Assembly (NCBI RefSeq): GCF_037042905.1
Contig: NC_087245.1
Span: 18,106,001-18,170,000, forward strand
Direction of reading: 5' to 3'
DNA: 64,000 bases
From: Lytechinus pictus
Lineage: Eukaryota
Each line of letters begins with the position of its first letter. The first letter of the stretch is position 1. This document shows, in pieces, positions 1 to 12,640 of this stretch. A program made the translations under genes and the position numbers. Under the pieces are notes generated by a model, which made no database searches, had not been told where the DNA came from, and saw nothing but the letters and a program-made list of their open reading frames with translations.

Positions 1-639
1 GTATTGTGGGAGGGTAAGCCAGAAACCAATGACTGTGAATTAAAAAAAATATGGTAAAACACTGAAGATAGTTGTCTTGACATTCCAACATACATTTAAG
101 AGCAGAATAACATTATTAGTACAGTATATACAGTATAATAAATTGTGATTCAATTCAATGCTTGTTAATAATCAAATCCATGAATCTAAGGAATATGTGA
201 GAAAATTAGGCGATTCAAGTTTTAAAATTAATATTATTTTCCCAATTTGTTCAAAATTTAATTATTCTTTTTTATTTATTTTGGTATAAAATAATGTTGC
301 ACATACACTGGAGCAGCCATACGGCTGAATTGCGTACAATTTACAAAACTGAATGATGTACATGTATACAATACACTATTCTACAATACACAATACAATT
401 ATAGTTGATAAAATTTATTAAAGAATATTGAAAAAAGACATAAATAACTAAACTCCGATCTAAAGTCAATGAATATTGGTAACAGAATTTAACAAATGCA
501 TTTACTAAATGAAGATTTTATAATATAATTCAATACGGTTGCTTTGGGATGTATATACATGTCAAAGAAATATGCCATCTTTCATATAATTCATGTACCC
601 CATGCAAACCAATCACCTCTGCTGCAATAATTATACTAA

Positions 640-1130
640 ACTCCTCAAAAAAGTTTGGAAATCTGACTTTGATCGATAATCCCTCCTCAGGATTAGTGAA
701 TATTAATGTGTGATTGATACCAATGAATAGATCATTTAATTTCCTTTTAAAATGACACCCTACATTATATGATTATGGTTCACATGGAGGTGCAGTGCCT
801 TGAAATGTGGGGCAAGGTCAAAATTCAAAAGTTGCCAAATGAAGGGGCTTGATTTGAATGGATTTTCATCTCTATTGACACAGACAAAAGATGAACATTC
901 TTTATTGACCCTTCATGACCATTTCTGCTTGTTTTGCAGCTTTTCAATTCAGACCTCATCCAACACTTTTAAATCCTGCTCTTTTCGTGATGGCATGATC
1001 ATAACACGCATGGTATCATTTTAAAGAGAATTAAATGATCTTTTGAATATCAAATATGCATTACAAGTGTAAAATTGGGAGTTTTGAGAAATTAATGGCC
1101 AAACTCAGATTTCCAAACTTTTTTGAGGGG
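640..1130. mobile_element. Degenerate foldback/MITE remnant
   Basis: Nested inverted repeats: 641-671 vs 1100-1130 (CAAAAAAGTTTGGAAATCTGA) and 730-777 vs 994-1040 (GATCATTTAATT..TTTAAAATGA). Termini not resolved. Confidence 0.55.
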
Positions 1131-2743
1131 TTTTAGATCAAAGCAGAGGCAACCAACTGCCTTGCGTGAATTAAGGCATTTTTTTGTGCAAGTATAGGAT
1201 TAAGGATATAAAATTTAAGGTCATATAATTCATACAATATGAGTGGAAATGGAAATACTTTTTGTATCGACAAAACGCTGATAAATTGCTTTGGCAAACA
1301 TGATAACGACTAGCAGAATATCCAGCTTGAAATGTATAAAAGTTTTTTTTTTTTAATTTAACAATTATGATCATTTCATTTTTCGCCCTTTTTTTAAAAC
1401 TTGATATTAAAATCACTCTATATTTTGTAGCATATCAATCATCATCACATTGGTCAGATCATGCACAGAGGTTGTACCCTAATTAGTCATCAAAGATGTT
1501 ACAAGTAAAATATCTTAATGGCATTGACACTTAAGCATGACTTTCCATCATATGAACTTAATTATTTGTGAAACACCCACAGGTCATTAAGGTAATTACT
1601 TATCCAACGAACAGTATTGCAGACTCTGAATACTGTAAAATGCAAACTACACACGTATTCCATGCAGGCCTGATTCCATGTATTACAATTACAATCATTT
1701 TTTTGCGACACACACATACTAAACTGAAACCAGGAATAGAGGAAAGGTTCCTCTTTGTCTCATGATAAACCAGTAGTTAATTAATCAACCCCAACTATAA
1801 ATATCCACATTGTATTTAAATGCATTTACAAATATAGTTTATTTAGCTGTGATAAAAAATGAAACTATAACTGTATCACGTGTTTGAGCATAAAGAAAAT
1901 AAACTCCCATGGCAACTGTTTTAACTAGATTGTACAGAAAAATCACATAAAATGTAAACCTGTCTGAAAATTTTTGGAAAGATTCATGTGTACATGTAGT
2001 TATGAGGACTTTATTGGAGTATCACGATCATTTCAATCTATTTATAAATCTAAATGTTGATTCTTTGCAAATATATATTATTAAGCTCCATATCTCAGGG
2101 ATAATATTTCTATTGGATTAAGAACCCTTGAACAATTATCTTTACAAGTTCAGTGATTGCAATTAGCATATACCTAAGTATTAGAAGGCCCCAACAATTA
2201 TCACATACTGAAATTTTCAGCCTGTTCCACACTTAAGAAATTATTTTATAGCAAAACGAAACAGTGTGAATAAATTTCCATGTACATGTAGAACATCACA
2301 ATACATCCACTAAAACATACTTTCATTTCATATCATCCACATCAATACATTTTTATGACATATATGCATAGAGAAATAAACTGGAAAAGTGGCCAACACT
2401 TTTGAGGGCTTGACCAAAAATGCCTTTACTTTCTTGAACTTGTTTCCTTTATTATAAACCACTTCGCAAAAAACATTCATAGAAGATCGCCCTGTTGGCG
2501 TTCTCATCACAATCTCCTGTTGGACTGGTGTCCACTAAACTGGTTTAGGAAAATAGATGAGAATGGGGCTAAGAGAGGCTCTCAAATAACTTACTGGATT
2601 TTTAAAAAAGTATGTTGCATGTATACAAGCAGTCAGAAACCAAATTAAATGATTGACGTGAAGTTTCAGGGTCACATCTCTATTGATATAAACACCTTCC
2701 CATGAACCATGCATGTATCTCAATACTTATCAGGCGCAGGCTC

Positions 2744-2860
2744 TTGTATATTCCAGCTCTTGGAAAAATTATTAAAATCTTGTGGGCTTTCAAACTGTTT
2801 TATTTGTACCGGTATATTCCAGCTGTTGGAAAGATTATTAAAATCTTAAGGGCTTTCAAA
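2744..2860 (+). repeat. ~66-bp tandem duplication
   Basis: TATATTCCAGCT.TTGGAAA.ATTATTAAAATCTT..GGGCTTTCAAA occurs at ~2747 and ~2813. Confidence 0.85.
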
Positions 2861-3347
2861 TGTTTTGAATATCAAAGGAGTATACACTGTACATCAATTT
2901 TTTGATGAAAAAATTATGGAGAGCAATCGTAAAAAGTTCCATCAAATTACAAAATTAGAAAGTTATGAAAGTCTGAGAAGTCTCATTTACTTCCTATGGT
3001 GATCCTAAAATTAGCAATACTGCTTCAAAACTGTAGGTTTAGCAACTTCCAATATGTTTGTAGATCTACATGTACTCAAAATTTCATATTTTCCCCATTA
3101 CCCCTAAACTGCTCATTAATCTTTTGTAAACTTGAGATATGTTCACATTTAATACTAAAGATATAAATATACACATGTAAGTTACTGCTGGTCAGAGAAG
3201 AATAATCAGCAACCCCCCCCCCCCCCCTTTCTCTCCCTCTCTCAAGGATTACAGACATGAAAGGATACCAACAACAAAGGCTGGGTTAGAGCTCATGACA
3301 TCACATCTCTGATCAGTTGTCTCAACTTCATGCAATAATTTGAAGTA

Positions 3348-3992
3348 TGGCAGTGAGTCCAAACTTTGCATGTGTCCATACTTTGCGGACGGTCATTATC
3401 TCTCAAACTAGCCAATATCCTTAAAATCTGACATCAACGTTAAAAGCAACCTAAAATTACCCTTTGGCGTAAGTTTCTTCAGGATGAGTTCAGTATTCAT
3501 GAAAATATTGACAAAAGATCGGCAAAATTTGTCACCGTTAGTGCCGTTCCGAAGAAATCTGATATTCTCAACAAGCATCACGATATCATCATTTTACAAG
3601 CAGATATCATCGAAAATGTGAGTTCAATGTGGTACTGACTAATTCTATAGCATTTTGTCGTCAATCTGATATAAATATCTCACCTTTTGAGCTTGAGTTT
3701 TTGTTTATATCTCCTCAAAAATTTTGGTCCGCAAAGTTAGGTAACACTTTTTCAGAACGGTTTTCCAGCACAGCGCGCATTCATCGATCAGAATAGAATT
3801 TTGAGATTGCGATACCAGCGAAACCCCTTGACCTACTTCACATTTTTGTCAATGATTTTATAGTTTACGATCTTGCCGTCAATGTGGTAACTATTTCTTG
3901 AATTGGTTTTGCATAAATTGTGAATATTTTGTAAACAAATTTAAGCCTGAAGAATAACTTTGAAAAGTCCGCGAAGTTTGGACACCCCATCA
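3348..3992. mobile_element. TA-flanked Tc1/mariner(pogo)-like MITE, degenerate
   Basis: TA|TGGCAGTGAGTCCAAAC ... GTTTGGACACCCCATCA|TA, with internal repeats of GTCCGC(A/G)AAGT. Confidence 0.55.
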
Positions 3993-4609
3993 TAAAATAT
4001 CACTGTATAGAATTTAAAGCCTATATGAAAAGCTACTTTAATTGCATTCTGTTTGTGAGCTTGAGATCACTGACTCGACAAAATTGCAATGTAAGGCACC
4101 AACACCAATCGCCTTCTTCAGAAAACAAACTTGGTATGCTTCGCATCATCACCCACTAGTCTATGGCACTAATCTCCCACGTCCACTTTGGTCCCGTCTT
4201 TGTCTTTTTTCGCCACACTGTTTCCTCTCATTTTCACGAGTCATCCATACCGTCTTGGGTTCTATCAAAATAATATGATCGATAAATTTACAAATTACAG
4301 TACTAGAGTAGAGGGTCTAACGTTAGATCTAATTGTGATATGAACTGCGAGTCTGCATGGGTTTAAATATTTTGGAACAAGATGGCAGCTGCAAGTGCAA
4401 CAGCCCCGTCGCTGGAAAATTAAATTTTGCTGATTATTTTTGGCGTTTCTTAATCTTCTTAATCTTAGATTCTTACGGCCAAACGTGTTAATGCCAAAGG
4501 GGGTACCGGTACATGAAGGTGGCAAGGGTTAAAAGTACACAAACATTTTCTATATCTGTTCCGTTTAATATAATAGTTACAATTTGATCGAATTAACGTT
4601 AGAGAGTAT

Positions 4610-4923
4610 TACTAGCCAGGCGGCTTCTAGAGAGTAAAAATCATTTACTAACGTAAGGTTACTCTCATACGAAGCCAGGACTTCTACCTCATAGACCCAC
4701 ACAAAGGAAGCCAAAACCTGAAACTTTCACCCCCGAGATTTCTACTTTCCTTCTAAAAGATCTAGACCTAAATCATGTACATGGGATAAAACTTCATTTC
4801 CGACATTTCTACGCTCTCGTTGTTATTTTTAAAACAAGAATTCATCAAAAAAATGAAAAAATATTGTGAAAAGACGGAAGAGACTTGCCCGATGTTTACG
4901 CCGCCATCTTGTTTCTTATTGTA
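4610..4923 (-). repeat. Left arm (copy C) of a long inverted repeat; carries a YY1-like motif
   Basis: Reverse complement of 8413-8766 with high identity apart from micro-insertions. CGCCGCCATCTTG at 4899-4911. Confidence 0.9.
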
Positions 4924-6499
4924 CTTCCCCAACGTTACGGACGCGAGCGTCGCGTAAATCGTATCTGCGAAAATATTCATCAATTTTACCCAGTTTTAGT
5001 CTCATTTGTGCAGAAAATTGAGCAGATCAGATTCCCATGTTTCGCTCGGCGACTCCGATTCAATCCGCGTATATATCGACGAACAACGAATACGACGATT
5101 TTACATTTGCTCATTTGCACCCGTCTTTTGAAACCGACCACCCGCGATACACTAAGTTTACGGCCGATTCTTGTCGCAGTGGCGAAATATTTTTACTCTT
5201 CCAAATCAGTTCTATGATGTCAACATGCTAAATGATCGTCTCACTACTTCCACTGCGAGCTCCGGCACATGATTCGATGATTGACGACGGATATTTGTTC
5301 TAAAGCCGTTTCCTATCGGATTTCTTGGTTTTTCAGCGGGAATTGGGTCTGGTCAATACAAGTTTGATTAATTCTACTAAATTTTTACTTTTTGTTGCTT
5401 CTTTTTTTCTCGTAAAATCGATTCTTACCGTTCCTATGGACACTGCGCCTACTCTCCCGCGCGTATCGTTTGTAATACGCAATAATTTTAATGCGCGCAA
5501 GGTGGTCGGTTTCAAAAGAGGTGGTCGCGTCGATATGTGGTAGTCTCACCATACAATTAGGCACTTCAGTCGGGCGGGCGATCGCGCGGACACAGCGCTA
5601 GACGTAGATTTTTGCATTGTAGTGAATGGCGAGCGCCTATCTAACACACACAGTTCGCTCCGCTCGGCACTTTGGCCGAGCGCTGGAGTTGCATTCGGCA
5701 TTGCTCGAAAAGACAGAGTCAGTTTCTTCCTTTATTCCGCTGATTTTGATTGGTCAAAAATTCCCGCGGTTGCTTCGTACATCTTCGGTAAACATCGGAA
5801 ATATACAAGACGGAGTCTAAATTACCTTCATGCGAGGGAAGGACCTAATATTCAGGTATTTATTTTTCTTTGCTTGAAATCACCTTCTTGTAATCATCGG
5901 ATCCCTTGTAAACTCGGTCAGTAATAAAATTGTATATTTGAGAACATTTTGTGAAATTCTAATCAAATTTGGTCCGTAGAGAGTTTGCGAATATGAGCTT
6001 CAGTTTTGAGTGTCATGAGGTGTTTGTGAATCTGACTCGGCCGATCGAGCAGGGTTGTTTTGAGCGTATACGAACAGCTGTGAGTGACGTCATCCCCACT
6101 GCGTTGGGCCTGAGATTAGTCTTGGTATTCAGACACAGTATGTTTCAGCCGTTGTATATTTTTTTTAATTACGATTTGAGCTCTGTTAATTATGAAATTC
6201 AAATTGTTATTTTGAAAATAATTTTGTAGAATTCGTGTGAAATAAGTATTAAGAGCAAAACTGCAAGTAAACTTCAAGAATTTTGTTTGATATGTGATTT
6301 TTTGTTGGAATGCGTCTGAATGTCTAGAATATGGTATTGTTAATGAAAGTCGTATTTTTGAATGGCACAGAAAGCTCCTTGCATGAATTTAATTTAGAAA
6401 TAGGTTTACATACATGAGATGTGTTTCATGAATTTGATATCTGATTTATGGACCTCTGTTATGGTGTTAATTATTAATTTGAAGATATGAAAAAGTAAG

Positions 6500-7320
6500 A
6501 GAAGACAATAATGAGGCAATTAACAGTGATGATGAGACATTAATAATATGAGACAATAAACATTGAGACAATAATTATTATGATTATAATAACAATTATA
6601 ATTATAATGATAATAATTATAATTGTAATAATTCTTGAGACATCAATTCTAGTATTTATTGACAATAATTATTACAGTAATCATTATTATAATAAAATAA
6701 TTGTAATGATAACAATTATAATGATGTACTTTGAATTGTAATAATTACTGAGACAATAATATTAATGAGATATCAATAATAATCATTATAATAATAATAC
6801 TTATAATTAAAATAAATATAATTGTAGAAACAATTATAATTATAGTAATTATAATTATAGGCCTTATAATTAATGAGACAATAATAACTATTATTACAAT
6901 AATACTAATTATTATAAAATAATTATAATGATAACAATTATAATGAAAGTAATTATAATTGTAATAATTACTGAGACAGTAATATTGAAAGGTCATAAAT
7001 AATTATTACAAAAATTATTATGATTATAAAAATAATCATAATTATAATTAAAGGCCTTATAATTATTGAGACAATAATAATTATTATTTCAATAATAATT
7101 ATTATTATGAAATAATTATAACAATAATTACTATGATAGTAATTATAATTGTAATAATTATTTAGAAAATAATATTAATGAAACAAAAATAATTATCATA
7201 ATAATAATTATTATAATTATAATACTAATTGGGACAATAATGAAACGATGATGAGACAATAATAATATCAACAATTTTATTGAGACCATAATAACAAGAC
7301 AATAATGAGATAATAGACAA
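6500..7320. repeat. AT-rich (ATA/ATT)n minisatellite with recurrent GAGACAATAAT units
   Basis: Almost pure A/T triplet-like repeats punctuated by GAGACAATAA. Confidence 0.9.
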
Positions 7321-7698
7321 TTGAAATCAATCTGTTTTTATTTTTTTCTAGAAATCCTAAGATTATTATTTTAATTCTCTTTCTTTGATTACAAATTATA
7401 TTCATTGAAAACTTAATTTCTAATGTTCAAGCAAAGAAAATCAATATCAAGTCATGTTTACCCTGTGCACAAACCTACCACAGGGCAATTACCCCCGAAA
7501 TAGGGTTAGGTTAGGTGTAGATTTTTGGATAGGGGTACAGTGTAGTTGTCCGGGGGGGGGGGGTAATTGTCCAGGGTGGGTGGGGGGTGGGGGGGTGGGG
7601 GGTTATCGTCCAGGGGTAGTTGCCCTTGAACCAAAGAAATCATATGCCAATATGTCAAATCAATCTGAGTACTTCGAGATTTAAATAAAAAGCTTGTA

Positions 7699-8164
7699 TG
7701 ATGGTGGGCCCCAAGTCTGCGCACCTAACAATTTGAGTTAAGATTTAACATGAATTTCTTCTTATGTCACAAAATATTTTTGATAATAATGTTCCTTATA
7801 GTACTGAGAGTAAGTATACCAAATTTTTCATTAAAAAATGAAAGAAAATATAGGATTTTCTTGAAAAAACGTCGGGCAGTCAATTTCAGATTGAAAAAAA
7901 AAATGGTACCCGATGTCTGCGCACTCATTCACTTTGCACACGATTCGGGGATTTTGATGAGAAAGGCTGTATTTCGAGGCCGTCACATGAAATGCCCAGA
8001 ATTCATTATTTTTTCACCATTTTGCGTCGGATTTTTTAATGAATACCTGTCTATGTATTGCATGTGTAAAGTTCGTGCTCGTTGCGTATCATCTTTTACT
8101 AGAATCGCGTAGATACGCGGGTGCGCAGACTTGGGAGACCGCGCAGACATGGGGGAACTTGCCA
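7699..8164. mobile_element. TA-flanked pogo/Tc1-like MITE nested in the 5558-8411 element
   Basis: TA|TGATGGTGGGCCCCAAGTCTGCGCA ... GCGCAGACATGGGGGAACTTGCCA|TA. A homologous inverted copy lies at 25712-26072. Confidence 0.7.
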
Positions 8165-8412
8165 TACAATTCCCCATAAGCTATGTATTATAAATGTGCC
8201 ATGCCCAAAACAAAGAGAATAATAAGATTTCGCAATCTTCTTTTGTCCACAAAAAGGCCTGTTTTTTCATCACAAAGATGACAATAACTCGACTTCTAGA
8301 TATCGGAATTTGAAAATTCAAACAGTTTTGTGAATCGTAGATATTGAGCCTCATTGTGAGCCCATCAAATATGCTGGAACAGCCTTTCCTAATTTTCACC
8401 TGAAGTGCCTAA

Positions 8413-8766
8413 TACAATAAGAAACAAGATGGCGGCGTAAACATCGGGCAAGTCTCTTCCGTCTATTCATGATATTTTTCTCATTTTTTTAAATGAATTC
8501 TTCTTCAAATATAACGAGAGCGTAGATATGTCGGAAATGAAGTTTTATCCCATGTACTATGTAGGCCTACATGATTTAGGTCTAGGCCTAGATCTTTTAA
8601 TCAGTTTTAGAAGGAAAGTAGAAATCTCGGAGGTGAAAGTTTCAGGTTTTGGCTTCCTTTGACTTTGTGTGGGTCTATGAGGTAGAAGTCCTGGCTTCGT
8701 ATGAGAGTAACCTTACGTTAGTAAATGATTTTTACTCTCTAGAACTAGAAGCCGCCTGGCTAAGTA
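8413..8766 (+). repeat. Right arm (copy A) of the long inverted repeat; YY1-like CAAGATGGCGGCG at 8425-8437
   Basis: Reverse complement of 4610-4923. Confidence 0.9.
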
Positions 8767-11700
8767 CTATTACTAATACTAGGCTACTAGACTACGGCCA
8801 CGTCACATCAGCTCTGCTAGCTCTGGCAGTCACAGTGGCAGGGATTCTCAGCCTTCGATGGCCCGAAGCGCTGGTCCAGCGCGCAGCAAGTTCTCTGACT
8901 GACTAGAGTCAGAGCCGGGCGGCCGAGCGACGCGAGCTGAGAATGTGCAGTCTGCGCCTGGATGTACTCTTTCTCATAAACCTAAAATGAATAATTATTA
9001 AACTATAATAATACCTTGAGACAAAATCTCACCTTACAGTGGCAACAATTCAAGCCAAAGGACTGTCAACTCTCGACGGATGGTCCTCCTAAGAAAATTT
9101 GACCCGTCCCCCAAGCCCATCGGCGAAAACGTAGACCAGCGCGAGATGGCGCTATTGCGCCTCAGTTTTTCGATCATAATGGAATCCGTCTCTGTCACGG
9201 TGATTTTTCAAAACCGAAATCATGAGCAGATCTTGACCAACAATAATAGAAAAATAATAATGATGATGAATCAAAATATAGATCTAGAAAATTGTCAATC
9301 TTGATATAATAATTTTCTATTTGTTGAAAGCGATGCACCAAAGGCTGGTTTGAGCCAAGGGCGGAAATCTCTACCCAAAGGAAGGGGGGACAAGCCAAAA
9401 AAAAAAGGTTATCATGGCAAATGTTAGGTGATTTCGACCAAAATAAATTTAACAAGCAAAAAAAAAAAAGTTGTCACCCCAAAAAGAAAGGTCATCTCGT
9501 CCAAAATGCATGTTTAATTTCGATTTTGAATGATGTTTTTCTTTCCATCATAAAAGACCAAAACTAGTAGGGGGACGTTTGATATTGTGCTCCCCCCCCC
9601 CTACTATTTTGGGCACGTCCCCCCCCCCCCCCCTGGGACTTCCGCCCAAAAAGGCATCTGAGCATGGGGAGGTGCTAATGGGGTGCACATCCTGGGAAAG
9701 TGGAACTAATGTTTGGAAAATCAGCTGTTGAAAGCAAAAAAAAAGGGTACAATTTTTTGGATTGCTTGTCAGTGTCGGAACTCCTCTGTCTCAGCCAGTG
9801 CACCCCCTCCCCCCCCCCCCCCCCCCCCGCCTCATGGACCTGGGAAGCGGGGGTGCTGGGGGGCAGAAGCACCCCAAGATTTTCCCAGGGGACGCTGCGT
9901 GTATTATTTTCAATTGGCAGCACCCCCTGGAAATCTGGTAGGTGTGTATGAAAAAATGACCAACATCTTGTGTTGAACCCCCCCCCCTTTTTTTTTTGGC
10001 TTGTCAAATTTTTTGGTACCAAAGCGACTTTCATTTTGCGGTGAAACCCGTGTTTTTTGCTTGTCAAATACATAGGCGGATCCGGGGGGGGGGTGACCCG
10101 GGGGGCCCCCTATTGGTGGAGAAAAAAAGAGGAGGAAGACGTAAGAATAAATTAAGGTGAAGGGAAGACTTGGAAAAAATAAAAATCTTTCATGTCACAA
10201 ATTTGATAATTTTCGCTCGCTCGCAATGAATGTTTGATGAGATACACAAGATTCTTCCTCAATATAGGCTTATATGGAGCTTAAAATATAAAGTTTTGAA
10301 GTCAATATACAAAACGTATTTCAGCTCCGACATCGAGCTTTCTTTATTTTGTTTGATTTACAAATTGATTTTTTTTAAGTCCAGGCTCTGTAAAATGTCT
10401 ATTTTGTTGTCTCAATATCAACATTTTCAGCTGGCGCTGCGCGCTCGCATTATTTGATTTGTCAAGTAACTATTCGTGTTTTCCATGAAGTTCTCAAAAT
10501 ATCCCTTTTTAAGTTTGATTGTCAAAACCTATGCGGCAGCGCTGCGCGCTCGCATTTTGATAGGTGTGTATACAAAGTATATATATACCCCCTATAATAA
10601 TAAGTAATTATAGAACATACTATTTAAAATACACTTTTCATGACATCGCGATTTGCATTCGCAATTGTCGTAAAAATATATTAACCCATGCATCCTATTC
10701 ACAAAGACAAAAGTGCTTAAAATGTCCAGTTTTCAGGCCTTAATAATTTTTATCAACAAATTTCGAGCTGTCATTAGGCTTATTAGATTAATAAATACAA
10801 TAACATTTTTATGAATTCCTAATAATTAAATTGTCCTTTTTTTTCAGAATGGAATATCTCGCGCTTAGGAAGCGGAATAGGAAGATAGTTATTATTTTCA
10901 TGTCCTTAGAATGTCCCGGTCCTAGGTCAAAATAATAATAAAAATATCAGCTCGCACTTCGCGCTCGTATCATTTATTAAGTGCGATCCATAATATCCAC
11001 TGCACATTTTTCCTACACAGTGATTGAATTAGTGCTTAAATTGACCCTTTTCAGATCGGAATATCAAATATGTTCAGCTCTTGCTTCGCGCTCGCATTAT
11101 TGATTTTCATGATAAAAAAATATTTAAAATGCCCAGATACTATAGTTATAAATAAACACGCACGCATGTTTATTAAGATACGCAGCCTGTTCTTTATTTA
11201 AAACATGCTTGAATTATCAAGTTTCAGATTAGAACATCAAAAATTTTCTGCTCGCGCTTCGAGCTCACATTATTGATATAGGACACCCAATTAACCATCC
11301 TTCACATAATTTACAAAACATGAATAGAGTGACAAGTTTTAAAGTCTAAATCTCTTTTTTCCGTTCGCGCTCGCATTATACCTATCCTGGTCATGATTAA
11401 AAAAAGTGCTTAAAATTTCCATTTTTTTAGGTCGGAATGTAAAAAATGTTCAGCTCGCGCTTCGCGCTCGCTTTTTTGATTGTTGAAATGTCAAATGCGT
11501 ATCGTCTTCATGGTTAACAGCATGCAGTCCTTAACAGGTCCCATTTCGATCAGTTACACGCGCATCTTGTTCAGGATCACAAACATTGCTCGGAATGTTC
11601 AATTTTCAGGAAAAGATATAACATTTTCAAAAAAATTTAGCTCGCGCTTCGTGCTCTCACTATTTAAATAGGGCTTTTGAGATATCTATAAATGTATGTT

Positions 11701-12265
11701 TTTTTATAAGAATATAGCCAAGTGACTGTTATAAATACCCCTTCAAAGAAACAAACAAAAATCAACTTTGAATGGCCGATCCGGGGAAATATGGGTCAAA
11801 ATTCCCCCCCCCCCTCCCCCCACTGGCGAAAGGGATCCAGCTTTCGCCAAAAGGTTTTCCCCTTTAATAGTTTTTCGCATTTATTATTCCCCTCAGTATG
11901 ATTTACTACATTATCCTCCATACTCATAGATAGAGTACAATAAGTTCCGAGAATTATATGGTGTCATAATAATAATAATGGTCAATGCAAAAAGTGCTTT
12001 TGTTTCCACTCCCATATATTGAAATGGTGCTCTTCCGGGAAATAGCCCCCTCACTAGCTCTCTGCAGCATACAGAAAAATAGAAGCAAAAATAGTTCCAT
12101 GTCATTTATTGCTCATTGGCGGCGGGAGCATACAAATTTAGGGGGGCGGAAAAAATATTTTCACCCGTATTTTCCCAGTCGGCTGCTAAAATCTGTTGTT
12201 GCTCCGCTGCAAATTTCACACACTGTTTAACGGAAAACAAACTTCAACCCTCGATTGAATATATA

Positions 12266-12640
12266 TGGTTACGCTTCGTAATTCCGAAGGTTCGTAATTC
12301 CGAAACACGTAAATTGCCTATACCTCGATGTTCGTTAATCCGAAAACGAAAAAGGGTTCGCTAATCCGAACATTGGTGGCTTTATTACGAAGGTTCGTTA
12401 TTCCGAAGGTTCGGTAATTCGAAAACAAAATAAGGTTCGTTGTTCCGAAGGTTCGTTAATCCGAAAACGAAATAAGGTTCGTTGTTCCGAAGGTTCGATA
12501 ATCTGAAAACGAAATAAGGTTCGTTGTTCTGAAGGTTCAATAATCCGAAAACGAAATAAGGTTCGTTGTTCCGAAGGTTCGTTAATCCGAAAACGAAAAA
12601 TAAGGTTTCCGAAGGTTTGTTAATCCGAAAAATGAAAACT
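12266..12640 (+). repeat. 42-bp tandem array built from 16-bp GGTTCGTT..TCCGAA subunits (probable transposon subterminal array)
   Basis: Unit GGTTCGTTGTTCCGAAGGTTCGTTAATCCGAAAACGAAATAA starts at 12434, 12476, 12518 and 12560, with degenerate units on either side. Confidence 0.9.

Larger units (their letters stand above)
5558..8411. mobile_element. 2.85-kb non-autonomous DNA transposon, 12-bp TIR, 7-bp TSD (hATw-like, tentative)
   Basis: TAGGCACTTCAG ... CTGAAGTGCCTA with perfect TSD ATACAAT (5551-5557 and 8412-8418). No transposase ORF; carries nested repeats. Confidence 0.8.

Noticed and set aside
6745..6996. Hydrophobic Ile-rich 83-aa ORF
   Set aside because: Translation of the AT-rich minisatellite.
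12266..12640. CRISPR-like array with palindromic TTCG...CGAA units
   Set aside because: The inter-repeat segments are identical rather than unique spacers, there are no cas genes, and the context is eukaryotic; it is a plain tandem repeat.
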